From a plasmid: a stretch of DNA of 64,000 nucleotides. Made by a program: the position numbers and the translations under genes. The stretch lies in sequence record NZ_CP096162.1. The stretch is one strand, 5' to 3'. Positions 38,662 to 49,499 of the stretch are shown piece after piece; the first letter of the stretch is position 1, and every line of letters starts with the position of its first letter. The notes under the pieces are model-generated. The model was given only the letters and a program-made list of their open reading frames with translations. It ran no database searches and had not been told where the DNA came from.

Positions 38662-40596
38662 TTGGGACTCTTTCAAAAGACACTAACCAAAGAAGAAGAA
38701 ATTGATAAACAAGGCTTCTATGCTCCTTTTATAGCTGCGATACAACCACAAGGGGGCATCACTTTTCGACTTGAAAAAGTGGTTCAAAAAGGAAGTTCCT
38801 ATGAGGCCATCTACCATGTGACTGTTTATCCATCTGAAGCCAATCTGTTTTGGCTAGAAGGAATTATGGGGCTTGATGATATTGTTGTAACAACAGATGT
38901 TAAACACATCGATAAAGAAGAGGCGAAGGACTCCATTGGGAATAGTATTGAAGAATATTTAAACCGTGCTTATACAGAAAAGAAAGAACGTGGCCGAGTA
39001 GATGCATCCCTTGAATACAACGAGATTAAAGATCTTTATGAACTGGTCAGCAAAAATAAAGAAGTGATGAAACGGATCATTTTGCGGCTCTTTATCACAT
39101 CTCCTACCATCCATGATTTAGAACAAAGAATTAGAGATGTTCAGACATCCATTGAAACAGAAGGCTTTCAAGCGGATGTTTTTTCTAATGAAACGGAATA
39201 TGAATATTTAAGTAAGTTCGTTAGTTTTAGTGAACAAGAAAGCTATCCCAATAAACGATATGGACAGCCTATTCAAGCATCTGCATTAGCGCTTGGTGTT
39301 CCTTTTACGGGGGTTTCTTTACGAGATCCACGTGCTATTTATTGGGGAGAATCTCGAACAGGGGGCCCTATATTTTGGGATGTGACCCACGTCGATAAAT
39401 TTAGAAAGTCCTTCGATATTGTGGGTGTTGGTAAAAAGGGTGCTGGTAAGTCTACTACGATCAAAAAATTAACCGATGAACGATTGATGAAAGGGGACTA
39501 TATCCGGGCGTTGGATGTAACCGGAGAATATACGGAGCAAGCAATCCAGCGTGGGGGAACCGTGATTTCCATGGATGGTTCTTCCGGCGTATTGAACATT
39601 TTAGAGATCATGCGAACAGGCGAAACAAATAGTGTATGTTGGTCACTGCATACAACGAAATTAAAACAATTTTATAAACAAATTAATCAAAATGCGAGTG
39701 AAAATGAACTATCTACTTTTTCGGAAGTTGCAACTGATCTTTATAAAGCATATGGACTCTATCTTCCAACAGATCTAGAAGAAATCAATATGGTAAATCG
39801 TCCTAGTACGGATTATCCTATTCTTTCAGATTTACGAGAACATGTTCGTCAAGTTCTTTACAAAAATGGGTTGAATGGACATATGAATGAAGATATTTCA
39901 TTATCTAAACAGAACTATTTAGAAAACATTGAGACAACGATCAATGACTTAATTAGCAACTACGGGAATATGTTCAATTCCCATAGTACGATCCAAAAAA
40001 TTGAGGATATTCCATTCGTTGTTTTCAATATGCAGAATGTGGTGGATATGGAAATTTTCCCTGCTCAATTATTTAACATTTTATATTTAAACTGGCGTGG
40101 AATGTTCCATATCGGTGGACCACAATTGGAAATGTATCGACGCAATGAGATCGATTTAGAAGATGTCCATTTCTACTTTACTGTTTTTGATGAAGCCCAT
40201 CATATTCTAAACACTCGTTATCCGGATGCGATTAAACAATTGAAGAAATTTTCTCGTGAAGGTCGTAAATACTTTGCTGGACTTTGGTTGTTCACACAAA
40301 ATATCACGGATCTTGTTCCATCAAACGGTGCAGACCAAAGTAGTGAAGTCGTTCGTGACATTATCAGTTTGCTTGAAATGGCAGAATACAAAATGATCAT
40401 GCAGCAAGATCCAAATAGTATGGATGTTGTTCGTAATGTCTTTAAAAATACATTCTCAGAAAGTGAACTACAAGCGATTCCTCAGCTCGAACAAGGGGAA
40501 ATGATCTTATCCCTTTCAACCGTTAAAAACATCCGATTTAGCGTCCATACGACAGCGAAACAACGTGCTATATACGGTGGCGGTGTTGGTGCATAA
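38662..40596 (+). CDS. VirB4-like T4SS ATPase (ConE/Orf16/TcpF-type), short form
   Basis: TTG start after an AGGAGG RBS. Walker A GVGKKGAGKST, Walker B FTVFDEAHH. Confidence 0.72.
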   Translation: MGLFQKTLTKEEEIDKQGFYAPFIAAIQPQGGITFRLEKVVQKGSSYEAIYHVTVYPSEANLFWLEGIMGLDDIVVTTDVKHIDKEEAKDSIGNSIEEYLNRAYTEKKERGRVDASLEYNEIKDLYELVSKNKEVMKRIILRLFITSPTIHDLEQRIRDVQTSIETEGFQADVFSNETEYEYLSKFVSFSEQESYPNKRYGQPIQASALALGVPFTGVSLRDPRAIYWGESRTGGPIFWDVTHVDKFRKSFDIVGVGKKGAGKSTTIKKLTDERLMKGDYIRALDVTGEYTEQAIQRGGTVISMDGSSGVLNILEIMRTGETNSVCWSLHTTKLKQFYKQINQNASENELSTFSEVATDLYKAYGLYLPTDLEEINMVNRPSTDYPILSDLREHVRQVLYKNGLNGHMNEDISLSKQNYLENIETTINDLISNYGNMFNSHSTIQKIEDIPFVVFNMQNVVDMEIFPAQLFNILYLNWRGMFHIGGPQLEMYRRNEIDLEDVHFYFTVFDEAHHILNTRYPDAIKQLKKFSREGRKYFAGLWLFTQNITDLVPSNGADQSSEVVRDIISLLEMAEYKMIMQQDPNSMDVVRNVFKNTFSESELQAIPQLEQGEMILSLSTVKNIRFSVHTTAKQRAIYGGGVGA

Positions 40597-40626
40597 AGCA
40601 TATAAAATAAAGGAGGCTTTTGTAAT

Positions 40627-41292
40627 ATGGGGAAAAAATTAGGTGGAATAGGATTTGTTTTAGTGGCGCTGGGACTTATTGTCTATGCGCTTTTTTTATG
40701 GTTCCATACAGATAAGCCAGCACCCAAAGTAACTTCTTCTGCAAAGCAAGAACAACGACAAGAAGATAAAAAAACAGAAGAACAGGTTCATCATGATCTT
40801 CAAGCAACGACTACGAAAAAAGAACCGAACAAGCATGCAGAAACATCGGAAAAAAAAGAAGAAGTGATACAGCCAGAAAAGATTGCTTTACAGTTTATTC
40901 GTACGATAGTTCCTTATGATGGAACGAAGAGATCTGTTCAGGAAGATAAGGTATCCAAGCTAGAAAAATTAAAACCTATTTTGCAAGATGTTGTATATAA
41001 ACAATATCAAAATGGGGGGGACATGACTGCAGCTAATGACGAAAATGGTGGTAATCTTAATGAGTTTCCGCCTTTCCACTACATTGGAAAAATATCGGAG
41101 GTCACTGCAAAAGAAACAGACCATGAAGGCGACAGCTGGACATACCAAGTGAACTACCGAATTACTTTTTATAATCAATCTCATAAGGCTACGGATGATG
41201 TCAAGCAAGCAGGAATGATTCAATTAGAAAAATGGAAAGGGAAGATAGTGATTACTTCCTACTCCATCGGAATGGAACCGGACAATGAGTAA
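40627..41292 (+). CDS. Membrane-anchored extracytoplasmic protein (VirB8/TcpC-like candidate)
   Basis: N-terminal transmembrane helix, acidic linker, about 120-aa C-terminal domain. Confidence 0.4.
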   Translation: MGKKLGGIGFVLVALGLIVYALFLWFHTDKPAPKVTSSAKQEQRQEDKKTEEQVHHDLQATTTKKEPNKHAETSEKKEEVIQPEKIALQFIRTIVPYDGTKRSVQEDKVSKLEKLKPILQDVVYKQYQNGGDMTAANDENGGNLNEFPPFHYIGKISEVTAKETDHEGDSWTYQVNYRITFYNQSHKATDDVKQAGMIQLEKWKGKIVITSYSIGMEPDNE

Positions 41293-42370
41293 TCTTGCCC
41301 GGATATGGTTGAAACGTACACTGTGGGGTTTGGTTTTCTCTGTTCCAGGATTAATCCTCTTTGGAGTGGTAGCAATAAGCATTATTATTGGTGTGTTAGT
41401 AGCAGATGATCAAGCAAAAAAGAATGCAACTACCGGCGCAGAAATGTCTGACGTTGGAGCAGAAGAAATACCAAAAGACTATATTGAAATCTATCAAGCT
41501 GCTGAAAAAAAATATGGCGTGCCGTGGACGCTTTTAGCTGCTCATCATAAAGTAGAAACGAACTTCAGTGTAGACTTAAATGTTTCTTCTGCAGGAGCGA
41601 TTGGACCAATGCAGTTCATGCCCCTTACGTGGTTAGGATGGAATTATCCAGGAGGTAGTCGACTAGGGAACGCATCGATTCCAGACGCGATAATAAGTAG
41701 CCCCAAGATGATTGCCAAGTATGGTGGTTATGGTGTAGATGGTGATGGGGACGGGAAAGCAGATCCATGGAATTTAACCGATTCCGTGTTTGCTGCAGCC
41801 AATTATTTAGCAGCAAATGGTGCAGCGAATGGGAATTACCAACAAGCGGTTTTTGCCTATAACCACTCTGATCAGTATGTCAACGCAGTGTTAGATTGGT
41901 TTGATAAATATACCAAAAATAAAGATGCTTTGTTAAGCGGAGGGTACACGGTAGTCGGTGGGAATAAAATCATTGAAAGGGCTATTCAGACTGGAATGAC
42001 GATCCTCAACAAAAGCCCCTATAATTGGGGAGGAGGCCGAACACAAGCAGATATAGATGCACGAAGTTTTGACTGTTCCTCTTTCGTTAGGTGGGCTTTT
42101 TCTGGAGCTGACGTGGACTTAGGACCAATTGCTTCCACTACGACAGATACCCTTGTAATAAAAGGAAAAGCTGTTTCTGTGATGAAGATGGAGAGAGGGG
42201 ATCTTCTCTTTTTTGATACCTATAAACGTAATGGCCATGTCGGAATCTACTTAGGAAACGGAAAGTTCTTAAATGATAATTCCAGCCATGGTGTTTCGAT
42301 CGATAGCTTAGATAATAGTTATTGGAAAGGCGTCTTTCATGGAACCGTGCGCCGGATAATTATCAAATAA
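41285..42370 (+). CDS. Bifunctional cell-wall hydrolase (CwlT/Orf14/TcpG-like): lytic transglycosylase plus NlpC/P60 peptidase
   Basis: N-terminal transmembrane helix. SLT motif [13 protein letters not shown]-terminal Cys (FDCSSFV) and His (NGHVGIYLG) of NlpC/P60. Confidence 0.8.
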   Translation: MSNLARIWLKRTLWGLVFSVPGLILFGVVAISIIIGVLVADDQAKKNATTGAEMSDVGAEEIPKDYIEIYQAAEKKYGVPWTLLAAHHKVETNFSVDLNVSSAGAIGPMQFMPLTWLGWNYPGGSRLGNASIPDAIISSPKMIAKYGGYGVDGDGDGKADPWNLTDSVFAAANYLAANGAANGNYQQAVFAYNHSDQYVNAVLDWFDKYTKNKDALLSGGYTVVGGNKIIERAIQTGMTILNKSPYNWGGGRTQADIDARSFDCSSFVRWAFSGADVDLGPIASTTTDTLVIKGKAVSVMKMERGDLLFFDTYKRNGHVGIYLGNGKFLNDNSSHGVSIDSLDNSYWKGVFHGTVRRIIIK

Positions 42371-42387
42371 AAAACAGATAGGAGAAG

Positions 42388-43308
42388 ATGTTGGTGGCAG
42401 GGAAAAGAAAAAACCGACAAACCGTTTTTTTAGAGCGTAATAACACAGTCCTACTATATAGTGGGACTTTTATTTTACTTGGATTACTGGTGTTCTTCTT
42501 AGTTTCTAAGCTCATCTTACCGGATGATTCTCCGGTGCTTGCGACCTCCCTTAATACCTTTGAACCGTTGGGTGATACAGACTATAAGATCGAAAGTTGG
42601 AAGTACAATCCCAAACAGAATTTTATGGAAGTAAGGCTTACGATTAGTGAAGAATCTGAAACGATTGCACCAAATTTAAAGTATGAGGCGAGAGAGAAAA
42701 CGCAAGTGGAGCAAGGTGTTAAATCGACTTTGAAAGCGAAGCTAGTGTATCAAGATGCACGCAATATTGTCGTGGTTATTTCTCACATCCCAACGAAGTG
42801 GGAGGCAGTGAATTTAACCCTTAGCAACAAGCAAATTTTTCTTCCTTCGGCAGATTTTATTACAGATCCTTCGGACGAAGAAGATAATGTAGCAAGTGAT
42901 ACGACCAGCGACGAAGAAGACAACCGCTTGTCTTTATATGCCGATTATCGAACGATCCACAAGGATAATAATTTGCAAATTCAAAGCGATATTGGCTACC
43001 AAGTACTGGTTGCAAAAACGAATAAAGCATATCAACTAAAGTTGCTAGAAGAATTAAAAAAGTATATTCAAAATGAAAAGGATCGCCGCATACAGCTGAC
43101 AAAAGAAATCCATATTTTGAAAGAGGAGTTACCAAGTCAAACACTACTTGATCAACAAGATACACGCGATTTAATCAAGCAAAAGCAAGGAGAGATAGTG
43201 GACTCCACGCAACAAGAGAAAGAGTATTTCAAACAACAAAAATTGATTGAAGAGAAAGTGGCGAAATTAGATGAGTTGATTACAAAACATCAATCTGATG
43301 TGAAATAA
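42388..43308 (+). CDS. Membrane-anchored coiled-coil protein, unknown T4SS accessory
   Basis: N-terminal transmembrane helix; C-terminal heptad-rich region. Confidence 0.4.
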   Translation: MLVAGKRKNRQTVFLERNNTVLLYSGTFILLGLLVFFLVSKLILPDDSPVLATSLNTFEPLGDTDYKIESWKYNPKQNFMEVRLTISEESETIAPNLKYEAREKTQVEQGVKSTLKAKLVYQDARNIVVVISHIPTKWEAVNLTLSNKQIFLPSADFITDPSDEEDNVASDTTSDEEDNRLSLYADYRTIHKDNNLQIQSDIGYQVLVAKTNKAYQLKLLEELKKYIQNEKDRRIQLTKEIHILKEELPSQTLLDQQDTRDLIKQKQGEIVDSTQQEKEYFKQQKLIEEKVAKLDELITKHQSDVK

Positions 43309-43315
43309 GCGTGGT

Positions 43316-43505
43316 GCAAAATTGGTGCAAAGTTTGTATAAACTGAAATATCAGATAATATTTTTCTCTACAAAGCGCTTTGCGCTCGTGTTTTTATAAG
43401 TGCAAAAATTGCACCGACTTGCACTGTGTAGTGCAAAAACCTATTTACGCTGATATCATCGAAACACCCGGCACTGCCGGGTATATCACGTAAGTGATAT
43501 CGGTT
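43316..43505. promoter_or_regulatory. Candidate oriT: repeated GTGCAAAA motifs, perfect inverted repeat ACCCGGCA-C-TGCCGGGT and adjacent palindrome ATATCAC-GTAA-GTGATAT
   Basis: Read directly. Lies immediately upstream of the RHH protein and relaxase genes. Confidence 0.45.
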
Positions 43506-43669
43506 TCTCCTTATGCTCTTGCAGTAAAAAGAGAGTTTTTTGAACTTCCTGCTTGGGTTTGCAGGGGTCAGGGGAGATGCTGTTTATTTGGCATAGCAAA
43601 ATAGAGCAGCTTAGTAACAATAATAACGTGCATGTTAAAGGCTTTATGATGAAAGAAGGAGGCGAGTAC

Positions 43670-43957
43670 ATGGATCTTGTTGTCCGTGGATTAAATCCAA
43701 AAGATGTTGCATTTTTAGAAGAGGAAGCCAATCGAAAAGGGCAGCGTGAAAAGAGGAAAGTATCCAGGAATGAGGTAATCGTTTCGCTGATCGAACGGTA
43801 TGCCAATCATCAATTTGAAAGTGAAATGAATCGGAAGTATGAAGCCTTAGTCCGGGAAGTATTGGTTTCATTAAAAGCGAATACTGATAGCAATCAACAA
43901 GTTCGGATAGTATTAGATACGCTGATGAACTTTGAGGAGGAAATAGAGAATGCATAA
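43670..43957 (+). CDS. Ribbon-helix-helix-type relaxosome accessory protein candidate
   Basis: 95 aa from the Met after a GAAGGAGG RBS. Small charged protein; its stop overlaps the relaxase start. Confidence 0.4.
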   Translation: MDLVVRGLNPKDVAFLEEEANRKGQREKRKVSRNEVIVSLIERYANHQFESEMNRKYEALVREVLVSLKANTDSNQQVRIVLDTLMNFEEEIENA

Positions 43958-45113
43958 GGTGAAGTCAGGGGTCAATATCATGTATAAATTTGCCTTATCA
44001 AATTCCAAAACATTTCAAGAATATATTGATTATATCGATCGTAATGAGGCAACAAGGAATCAGCATGCTGATAAATTTTCTTTGTTTAATGAGTATATGG
44101 GAAATCCAGCAAAAACATCTGCACTCTTTACAGCAGACCACGATAACTTGAGTGATGAGAAGAAAAAAGATTTAAAAAAGTCTTTTGAATCGGCACAAGA
44201 AAAAGGCAGCATCATGTGGCAAGATGTTATCAGCTTTGATCCGTATTTTTTAGAAGAACAAGGACTGTATAACCGGGAAACAAAAGAGATCGATCAGATT
44301 AAAATAAGAGAGATTACAAGGAACATGATGCAGGCAGTTTTGAAGCGAGAGGGTCTGGGTGAATCGGCAATATGGTCTGCGGCTATCCACTTGAATACGA
44401 AGCACCCTCACGTCCATATTGCTGTTGTAGAACCAGAACCGACAAGGACAAGAGGTAAGTGGGAGCAAGGGACATGGAAGCTCGCGAGAAGTAAAGTCGT
44501 CAATGATATTTTGAACTTAACGGAAGATCAAAAACTGATTACGGAACTGATACGTAATCAAATCGTTGGTGGTCAAAAACAGCGGCCAACTTTGCATGAT
44601 AAAGAACTGAAAAAGCAATTTATAAAAGTCTTTCAGCAGCTGCCGAGTGATCGCAGACAATGGTCTTATAATTACAATACATTAAATGCATTGCGGCCTG
44701 ACTTACATCAATTAATGGACATGTACTTGGCGAAGCATGAAGGAAGTAGCGTAGAAACGATCCACGAGATCTTGGATAAAAATATGGAGGCATACCGACG
44801 CGCATACGGGGAAGGTAAGTATGATCGAGGGTTGTATAAAGATTACAAAAAAAATAAGATCGATGAATTGTACGAGCGTCTGGGTAATAGCTTCTTAAAA
44901 GAAATGCGAGCGTATGATAAACGGTTACTTGCTATTGAGAAGAAAGGCTTCCATCCAGGTTCAACAGGTTATCAAATCAATCATGGTAGAGCCATTGATT
45001 TTGCATTAAAGAAAATAAATAAATATACCAAGCAAGATTATCAATCCTGGAAAAATCAAATGGTTTATCAGCGGATGCAAGAACAAATGGAAAGGGAGAA
45101 GATAGATGGATAA
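43950..45113 (+). CDS. MOBP-type relaxase (MobA/MobL family, HUH nuclease)
   Basis: 3-His motif AIHLNTKHPHVHIAVV. Confidence 0.65.
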   Translation: MHKVKSGVNIMYKFALSNSKTFQEYIDYIDRNEATRNQHADKFSLFNEYMGNPAKTSALFTADHDNLSDEKKKDLKKSFESAQEKGSIMWQDVISFDPYFLEEQGLYNRETKEIDQIKIREITRNMMQAVLKREGLGESAIWSAAIHLNTKHPHVHIAVVEPEPTRTRGKWEQGTWKLARSKVVNDILNLTEDQKLITELIRNQIVGGQKQRPTLHDKELKKQFIKVFQQLPSDRRQWSYNYNTLNALRPDLHQLMDMYLAKHEGSSVETIHEILDKNMEAYRRAYGEGKYDRGLYKDYKKNKIDELYERLGNSFLKEMRAYDKRLLAIEKKGFHPGSTGYQINHGRAIDFALKKINKYTKQDYQSWKNQMVYQRMQEQMEREKIDG

Positions 45114-45537
45114 TTTGAAAACATATCGGCACAATTGCCATTTGAACGAGCAATCACATCAATATTTATTAGAAGAAAAAGAGAAAACGCAATTAAGTGA
45201 TGGAAAAATCATGGACAAGATCATTGCAGAATATCAATCACTCAAACAAGAAAAAGCGTCGATTGCTTACGTGGGACAGGAGATTAATAAGACTGTTCAA
45301 GAAGCCTTCGGTGCTCTCTTTAATAGTATACGGTTAGGTATCAATTCAACGGATAAAAATACACGTATTTTAGTAGAAATTGCTAATGGCTTTTTGATGA
45401 AACAAAGTGATCAAACGATTATTACAACGGACGACTTAATATCCGTGGGACTCGAAGAAGCAACACGAAAAGTACAAGCAGATATCAAACGTGCGCAACA
45501 AATGAAATTAGATAAGCAGAAAAAAGAAAGGGGCTGA
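45106..45537 (+). CDS. Hypothetical protein
   Basis: Overlapping start; operon member. Confidence 0.4.
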   Translation: MDNLKTYRHNCHLNEQSHQYLLEEKEKTQLSDGKIMDKIIAEYQSLKQEKASIAYVGQEINKTVQEAFGALFNSIRLGINSTDKNTRILVEIANGFLMKQSDQTIITTDDLISVGLEEATRKVQADIKRAQQMKLDKQKKERG

Positions 45538-45539
45538 TC

Positions 45540-45761
45540 TTGTTGATAAAATTATTTCCAGATCACTTTGATTTTGCAGTTATAGAAGGGATCTCAAAAG
45601 GGACGCTGCATGTTGCTTATCAAGGTATTCCTCTTTTGATAGAAGTAAACGATCAAACAATAGAAACTATCATGGAACGAACGAATCAAGACAACCGAAT
45701 GGTTCTGATTGATTTGAAAACAAAGCACCTAGTATCGATTGAAGTGGAGGCAATAGAATGA
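45540..45761 (+). CDS. Hypothetical 73-aa protein
   Basis: Operon member. Confidence 0.35.
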   Translation: MLIKLFPDHFDFAVIEGISKGTLHVAYQGIPLLIEVNDQTIETIMERTNQDNRMVLIDLKTKHLVSIEVEAIE

Positions 45762-46324
45762 TTATTTTGGATTGGGTTCGCGATAATGCGTTCCTTTTTT
45801 TATTGCTTGTCATTACTGTTCTTTGCACGCGACCAGTAGTAAGACAAATAAGAAAAGCACGCTGGAAAAGAAAATTTTTAAAAAGTGGTATACGTGATGT
45901 CGATCGGATGAATGGACTCCAGTTTGAACACTTTGTAGGGCTACTATTAGCCAAACTTGGCTATCGATCGAAAGTAACAAAATCATCCGGGGACTTTGGT
46001 GCGGATGTGGTTCTGGAAGGTAAAGATAGAATCGTGATCCAATGCAAACGATATCGTCGTAAAGAAAAAGTAGGCATCGCTGCTGTCCAACAGATATTTG
46101 CTGCAAGAGCATTTTATGATGCCAAAGAAGCGTGGGTGATCACGAATAATGTATATAGTCCAAGTGCTAAAAAGTTAGCTTTTAAATGTGGTGTGACACT
46201 CATTGATCGAATTGGTTTATGCCAAATGATTTTAAAACTTCATCCAGATGAATCAGCGCGGCAAGTTTTAGATCGAAATGAATTTAAAGGGGGTGAAAGC
46301 TATGTAGGAAGAAAAAAGAGATAA
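45758..46324 (+). CDS. Membrane-anchored Mrr-cat (PD-(D/E)xK) restriction-endonuclease-like protein
   Basis: N-terminal transmembrane helix. GDFGADVVLE...IVIQCKRY matches the D-(E/Q)xK core of the Mrr catalytic domain. Confidence 0.6.
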   Translation: MIILDWVRDNAFLFLLLVITVLCTRPVVRQIRKARWKRKFLKSGIRDVDRMNGLQFEHFVGLLLAKLGYRSKVTKSSGDFGADVVLEGKDRIVIQCKRYRRKEKVGIAAVQQIFAARAFYDAKEAWVITNNVYSPSAKKLAFKCGVTLIDRIGLCQMILKLHPDESARQVLDRNEFKGGESYVGRKKR

Positions 46325-46350
46325 CCAATTAATTATAAATAAAGGAGTGA

Positions 46351-47802
46351 ATGGCAATGAGCGGTGAACAAACTTATGTAGATGACTTTTTCAAGGGGAT
46401 GGAAATCCCACCAGAAGTCGAGGGGTTACAAGGAGATACATTAGGACATATAGAGGACGATGTTCTAACAGAAACAGGAACACTTGCAGAAAAGCAAGCA
46501 GAGCAAGCCTTTATCAAAGAAGATCCATCGATAACAGCAAAAAAAGTGAAGGGTGCGCTTCAAAGTGCTTTTCCTGATTTACCTAAGAAACATTTTTCCG
46601 TTCAGGTAAATCGCTTAGGAGATATTGATGTAAAGTGGGTCGATTATCCAGCGAAAAAAACGGTGGAGGAGATTACAAAGGGCTATCAATCAGCTACTTA
46701 TGATAAAGAACTTGAAACAGATATTGTGCATGGCTATGAAGAGAATGGCCAACGTATTCAAGGAGCAGGATATATTACTTTGAGCGGAACGCTAAGTGAT
46801 CTCACAAAAGAAAGAATGCTTCAATTTGCCGATCGAATTGGATTAGATACTTCTAACCGGCAATTAGCGAAAGCAGCCATTGAAAAAGTAGCAGAAGGAT
46901 ATTATTTACTCTCTCATAATGAAGCGACTGCAGGTCTAGATGCTAAAGAAGTTCTTCCTGTGATCGAGATACCACCCACCCAACAAGAAGTTGAAGCAAT
47001 GAAGCATGAAATGGTCGGCCAAGCAAAAGAGCAGGAAAAAACAAGAGAAGCTTTTGATCCTTTAAAAGAAATAACGATAGAAGATACGCAGACTTCAGCA
47101 AAACAAGAAGCTGGGGAAGGTGAAAAGGTTAGTTACGTTATTGAAGTGGAAGACAAGCCCATTGATTTTACAGATACACAAGCAGATCTAGCGAACTTAA
47201 AGAATGGCTATACTGTTAAATTTTCTAATGGTAGTAAGAAAGAAATGCCAGGGTTCAATGCCAATTTGTATAAAGATCCGGAAGAACAAATTCGGACGCT
47301 GCTGGCTGGTAAATTATCTAATGAAGAACTTGCTGCTATTGACGTTTCGAAAAGAAAAGAAAGTAACATCGTGAACCAAGTGCGATCAAAGGAACCGAAA
47401 CGTACAGAAGAAAATGAAATTGAAAAAATATCCGATGAAGAACGTTTCAAAGAAGATTACAAGGCTTCTGTACTCTATGAATTGCAACAGACCACAACCA
47501 TCAGTAATTTCTTGCAGCCAAGTCATTCTCCAAAAACACAACTGACAGATGAGGATAAAGAATCGATTGATAAACGTTTAAAAGCCTATGAAGAAAAGAT
47601 GGGATTCAACAAAGTTTATGAATTGAAAATGGAGGCACTGAACGATTTAAAAGAGGAGCCAGAGCTTTCAGAAAGTATGAAAAAAGCAATATCACGTGTT
47701 CAGAAAGCTTTAACTGAGCAAAAAGAAAGTCAGACACAAGTACGTACTGAACGTAAAACAATCCATCAAAAGAAAATAAATCCATTTTCGTTATCAAGAT
47801 AA
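46351..47802 (+). CDS. Large acidic hypothetical protein
   Basis: 483 aa, about 20% D/E. Confidence 0.45.
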   Translation: MAMSGEQTYVDDFFKGMEIPPEVEGLQGDTLGHIEDDVLTETGTLAEKQAEQAFIKEDPSITAKKVKGALQSAFPDLPKKHFSVQVNRLGDIDVKWVDYPAKKTVEEITKGYQSATYDKELETDIVHGYEENGQRIQGAGYITLSGTLSDLTKERMLQFADRIGLDTSNRQLAKAAIEKVAEGYYLLSHNEATAGLDAKEVLPVIEIPPTQQEVEAMKHEMVGQAKEQEKTREAFDPLKEITIEDTQTSAKQEAGEGEKVSYVIEVEDKPIDFTDTQADLANLKNGYTVKFSNGSKKEMPGFNANLYKDPEEQIRTLLAGKLSNEELAAIDVSKRKESNIVNQVRSKEPKRTEENEIEKISDEERFKEDYKASVLYELQQTTTISNFLQPSHSPKTQLTDEDKESIDKRLKAYEEKMGFNKVYELKMEALNDLKEEPELSESMKKAISRVQKALTEQKESQTQVRTERKTIHQKKINPFSLSR

Positions 47803-47853
47803 AAAGAAATAAGGGACCATCGAGAGCTGGTCCTATTTTTAGGAGGGTATGTT

Positions 47854-48087
47854 ATGCAAGAACTTTGTTTATTAATGGAATTGGATTCGATCCAACGCTT
47901 AGCATCTTTTTATGATGATCAAGCAGACCGAACAATCATTTTATCCGTAAGTCAAGAAGAAATGGAAGCTTTAGAATTATTGGCCGAAGAAGTGGAAGCA
48001 GTTTATGTAGATATCAATGTAAAGGAATCTACGATCATATGGCCAACTGCAGAGGGAGGTTTTGGCATTGGCGAAGAAGCAATATAA
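47854..48087 (+). CDS. Hypothetical 77-aa acidic protein
   Basis: RBS AGGAGGG. Confidence 0.35.
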   Translation: MQELCLLMELDSIQRLASFYDDQADRTIILSVSQEEMEALELLAEEVEAVYVDINVKESTIIWPTAEGGFGIGEEAI

Positions 48088-49441
48088 AGTAAAAAGCCCA
48101 GAGGAAAAGAAATTAGAAAAACAGCAGTTGATGGACAACATGTTCAAAAAGATGGAGACATATACGAAAGATCCTGTAGAAATGAAAAAATTATTAACCT
48201 TTATGTCGAATTTCCATCAGTATTCTTCACGCAATAAATTTTTGATTAATGCTCAGTTTAATGGTGCTATAGGAGTCGGCTCTTTTGATTTCTTTAAGAA
48301 GAAAGGCTTCTCTGTGCAAAAAGGGGAAAAAGGGATTAAAATCTTTGTTCCAAAAAACGTTACATGGTTTAAAAGGGGAAATGAAACTGTTTCTCTAAGT
48401 AAAGCAACAAAAGAAGAAAAAGAGAAAATAAAGCAAGGGATTATTCGGACGCAGACAAAAACAAGTTTTGGGATAGGTAATGTCTTCGATATCTCTCAAA
48501 CAGATGCAACTGAAGCAGATATTCCGAAGCTATTTCCTAATAGACATGCTACCTACCAAGTAGAGAACCAAGAACAAATTGAAAAAGCGTTTGTTGCCGT
48601 TTCAAATCAAATGGGAATTCCAGTCCAAAACGGAAAGGAATCTCGCATAGAATTAGGTGTTGCCTTTGGAGGATACGCCCAGTATTTCGACGGAGATACA
48701 CTTAAAGAAGAAATCGTCTTAAACCCTAGAAATTCTGCCGGAGAAAATGTAAGAGTGCTTGCACATGAATTGAGCCATGCGTATCTTCACTCCGCCAAGA
48801 GAATTGAAGAACAAGAGAAGAAAGGAAATCCTATTATATATACGACGGAAGTAAAAGAGCTGCAGGCAGAAATGACCGCTTATGTCGTAGCGCATCACTT
48901 AGGTGTGGACACAGAAGACACATCCTTGCCATATATGGCCGAATGGACTCGAAACGGGCAGGAGATTGAAGAAAAATATAAAACGTTGGAAGAAGTAAAT
49001 GAAGCTGCAGACTACTTGATTAAGAATTTTGACGAACAATATGATCGCTTAACGACGACCAGAGATCTTGAAAAAGAAACCTTAGTGAAAGAGAATGCAG
49101 AAATCAAGGTATTTGGCGAGGAAGATTATATTAATGAATACAGAAATACAGTAATCAAGCAAGCTCAAAATGATTCTTTTAAAGCAGAATCTATGCCATT
49201 CAGTGAAACAATGATGAAATTTGAAGACGGGGAAGAACCAGTTAAATTGCACGAGATTCAATTGAAAACCTTAAATGATCTTCAGAGCGATTTCCGTTTT
49301 AATAATGACGAAAGAAAACATATTCATCAGTTATATCAAGAACTTCAAGAAAAAGGAGTTCAGTCAGAATCTAAACAAAGTCCTTCGTTTAAGCATGCAA
49401 GTAATCTTTATAAAAAAAGTACGACATCAATAAAACGATAA
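48062..49441 (+). CDS. ardC: ArdC-like antirestriction protein (ssDNA-binding N-domain plus HExxH metalloprotease domain)
   Basis: The N-terminal domain resembles ArdC; HELSH zinc motif. Confidence 0.65.
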   Translation: MALAKKQYKVKSPEEKKLEKQQLMDNMFKKMETYTKDPVEMKKLLTFMSNFHQYSSRNKFLINAQFNGAIGVGSFDFFKKKGFSVQKGEKGIKIFVPKNVTWFKRGNETVSLSKATKEEKEKIKQGIIRTQTKTSFGIGNVFDISQTDATEADIPKLFPNRHATYQVENQEQIEKAFVAVSNQMGIPVQNGKESRIELGVAFGGYAQYFDGDTLKEEIVLNPRNSAGENVRVLAHELSHAYLHSAKRIEEQEKKGNPIIYTTEVKELQAEMTAYVVAHHLGVDTEDTSLPYMAEWTRNGQEIEEKYKTLEEVNEAADYLIKNFDEQYDRLTTTRDLEKETLVKENAEIKVFGEEDYINEYRNTVIKQAQNDSFKAESMPFSETMMKFEDGEEPVKLHEIQLKTLNDLQSDFRFNNDERKHIHQLYQELQEKGVQSESKQSPSFKHASNLYKKSTTSIKR

Positions 49442-49499
49442 AATAAATGGAAAAGCTGTAGCCCAAGGGTTGCAGCTTTTTTGAAAGGAGAGGTATTTT

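Noticed and set aside
38649-38662. Frameshift pseudogene joining the 282-aa and 644-aa ORFs
   Set aside because: The second ORF has its own AGGAGG RBS and TTG start and the gap contains a stop in all frames. Treated as two genes, noted only as a possible natural split.
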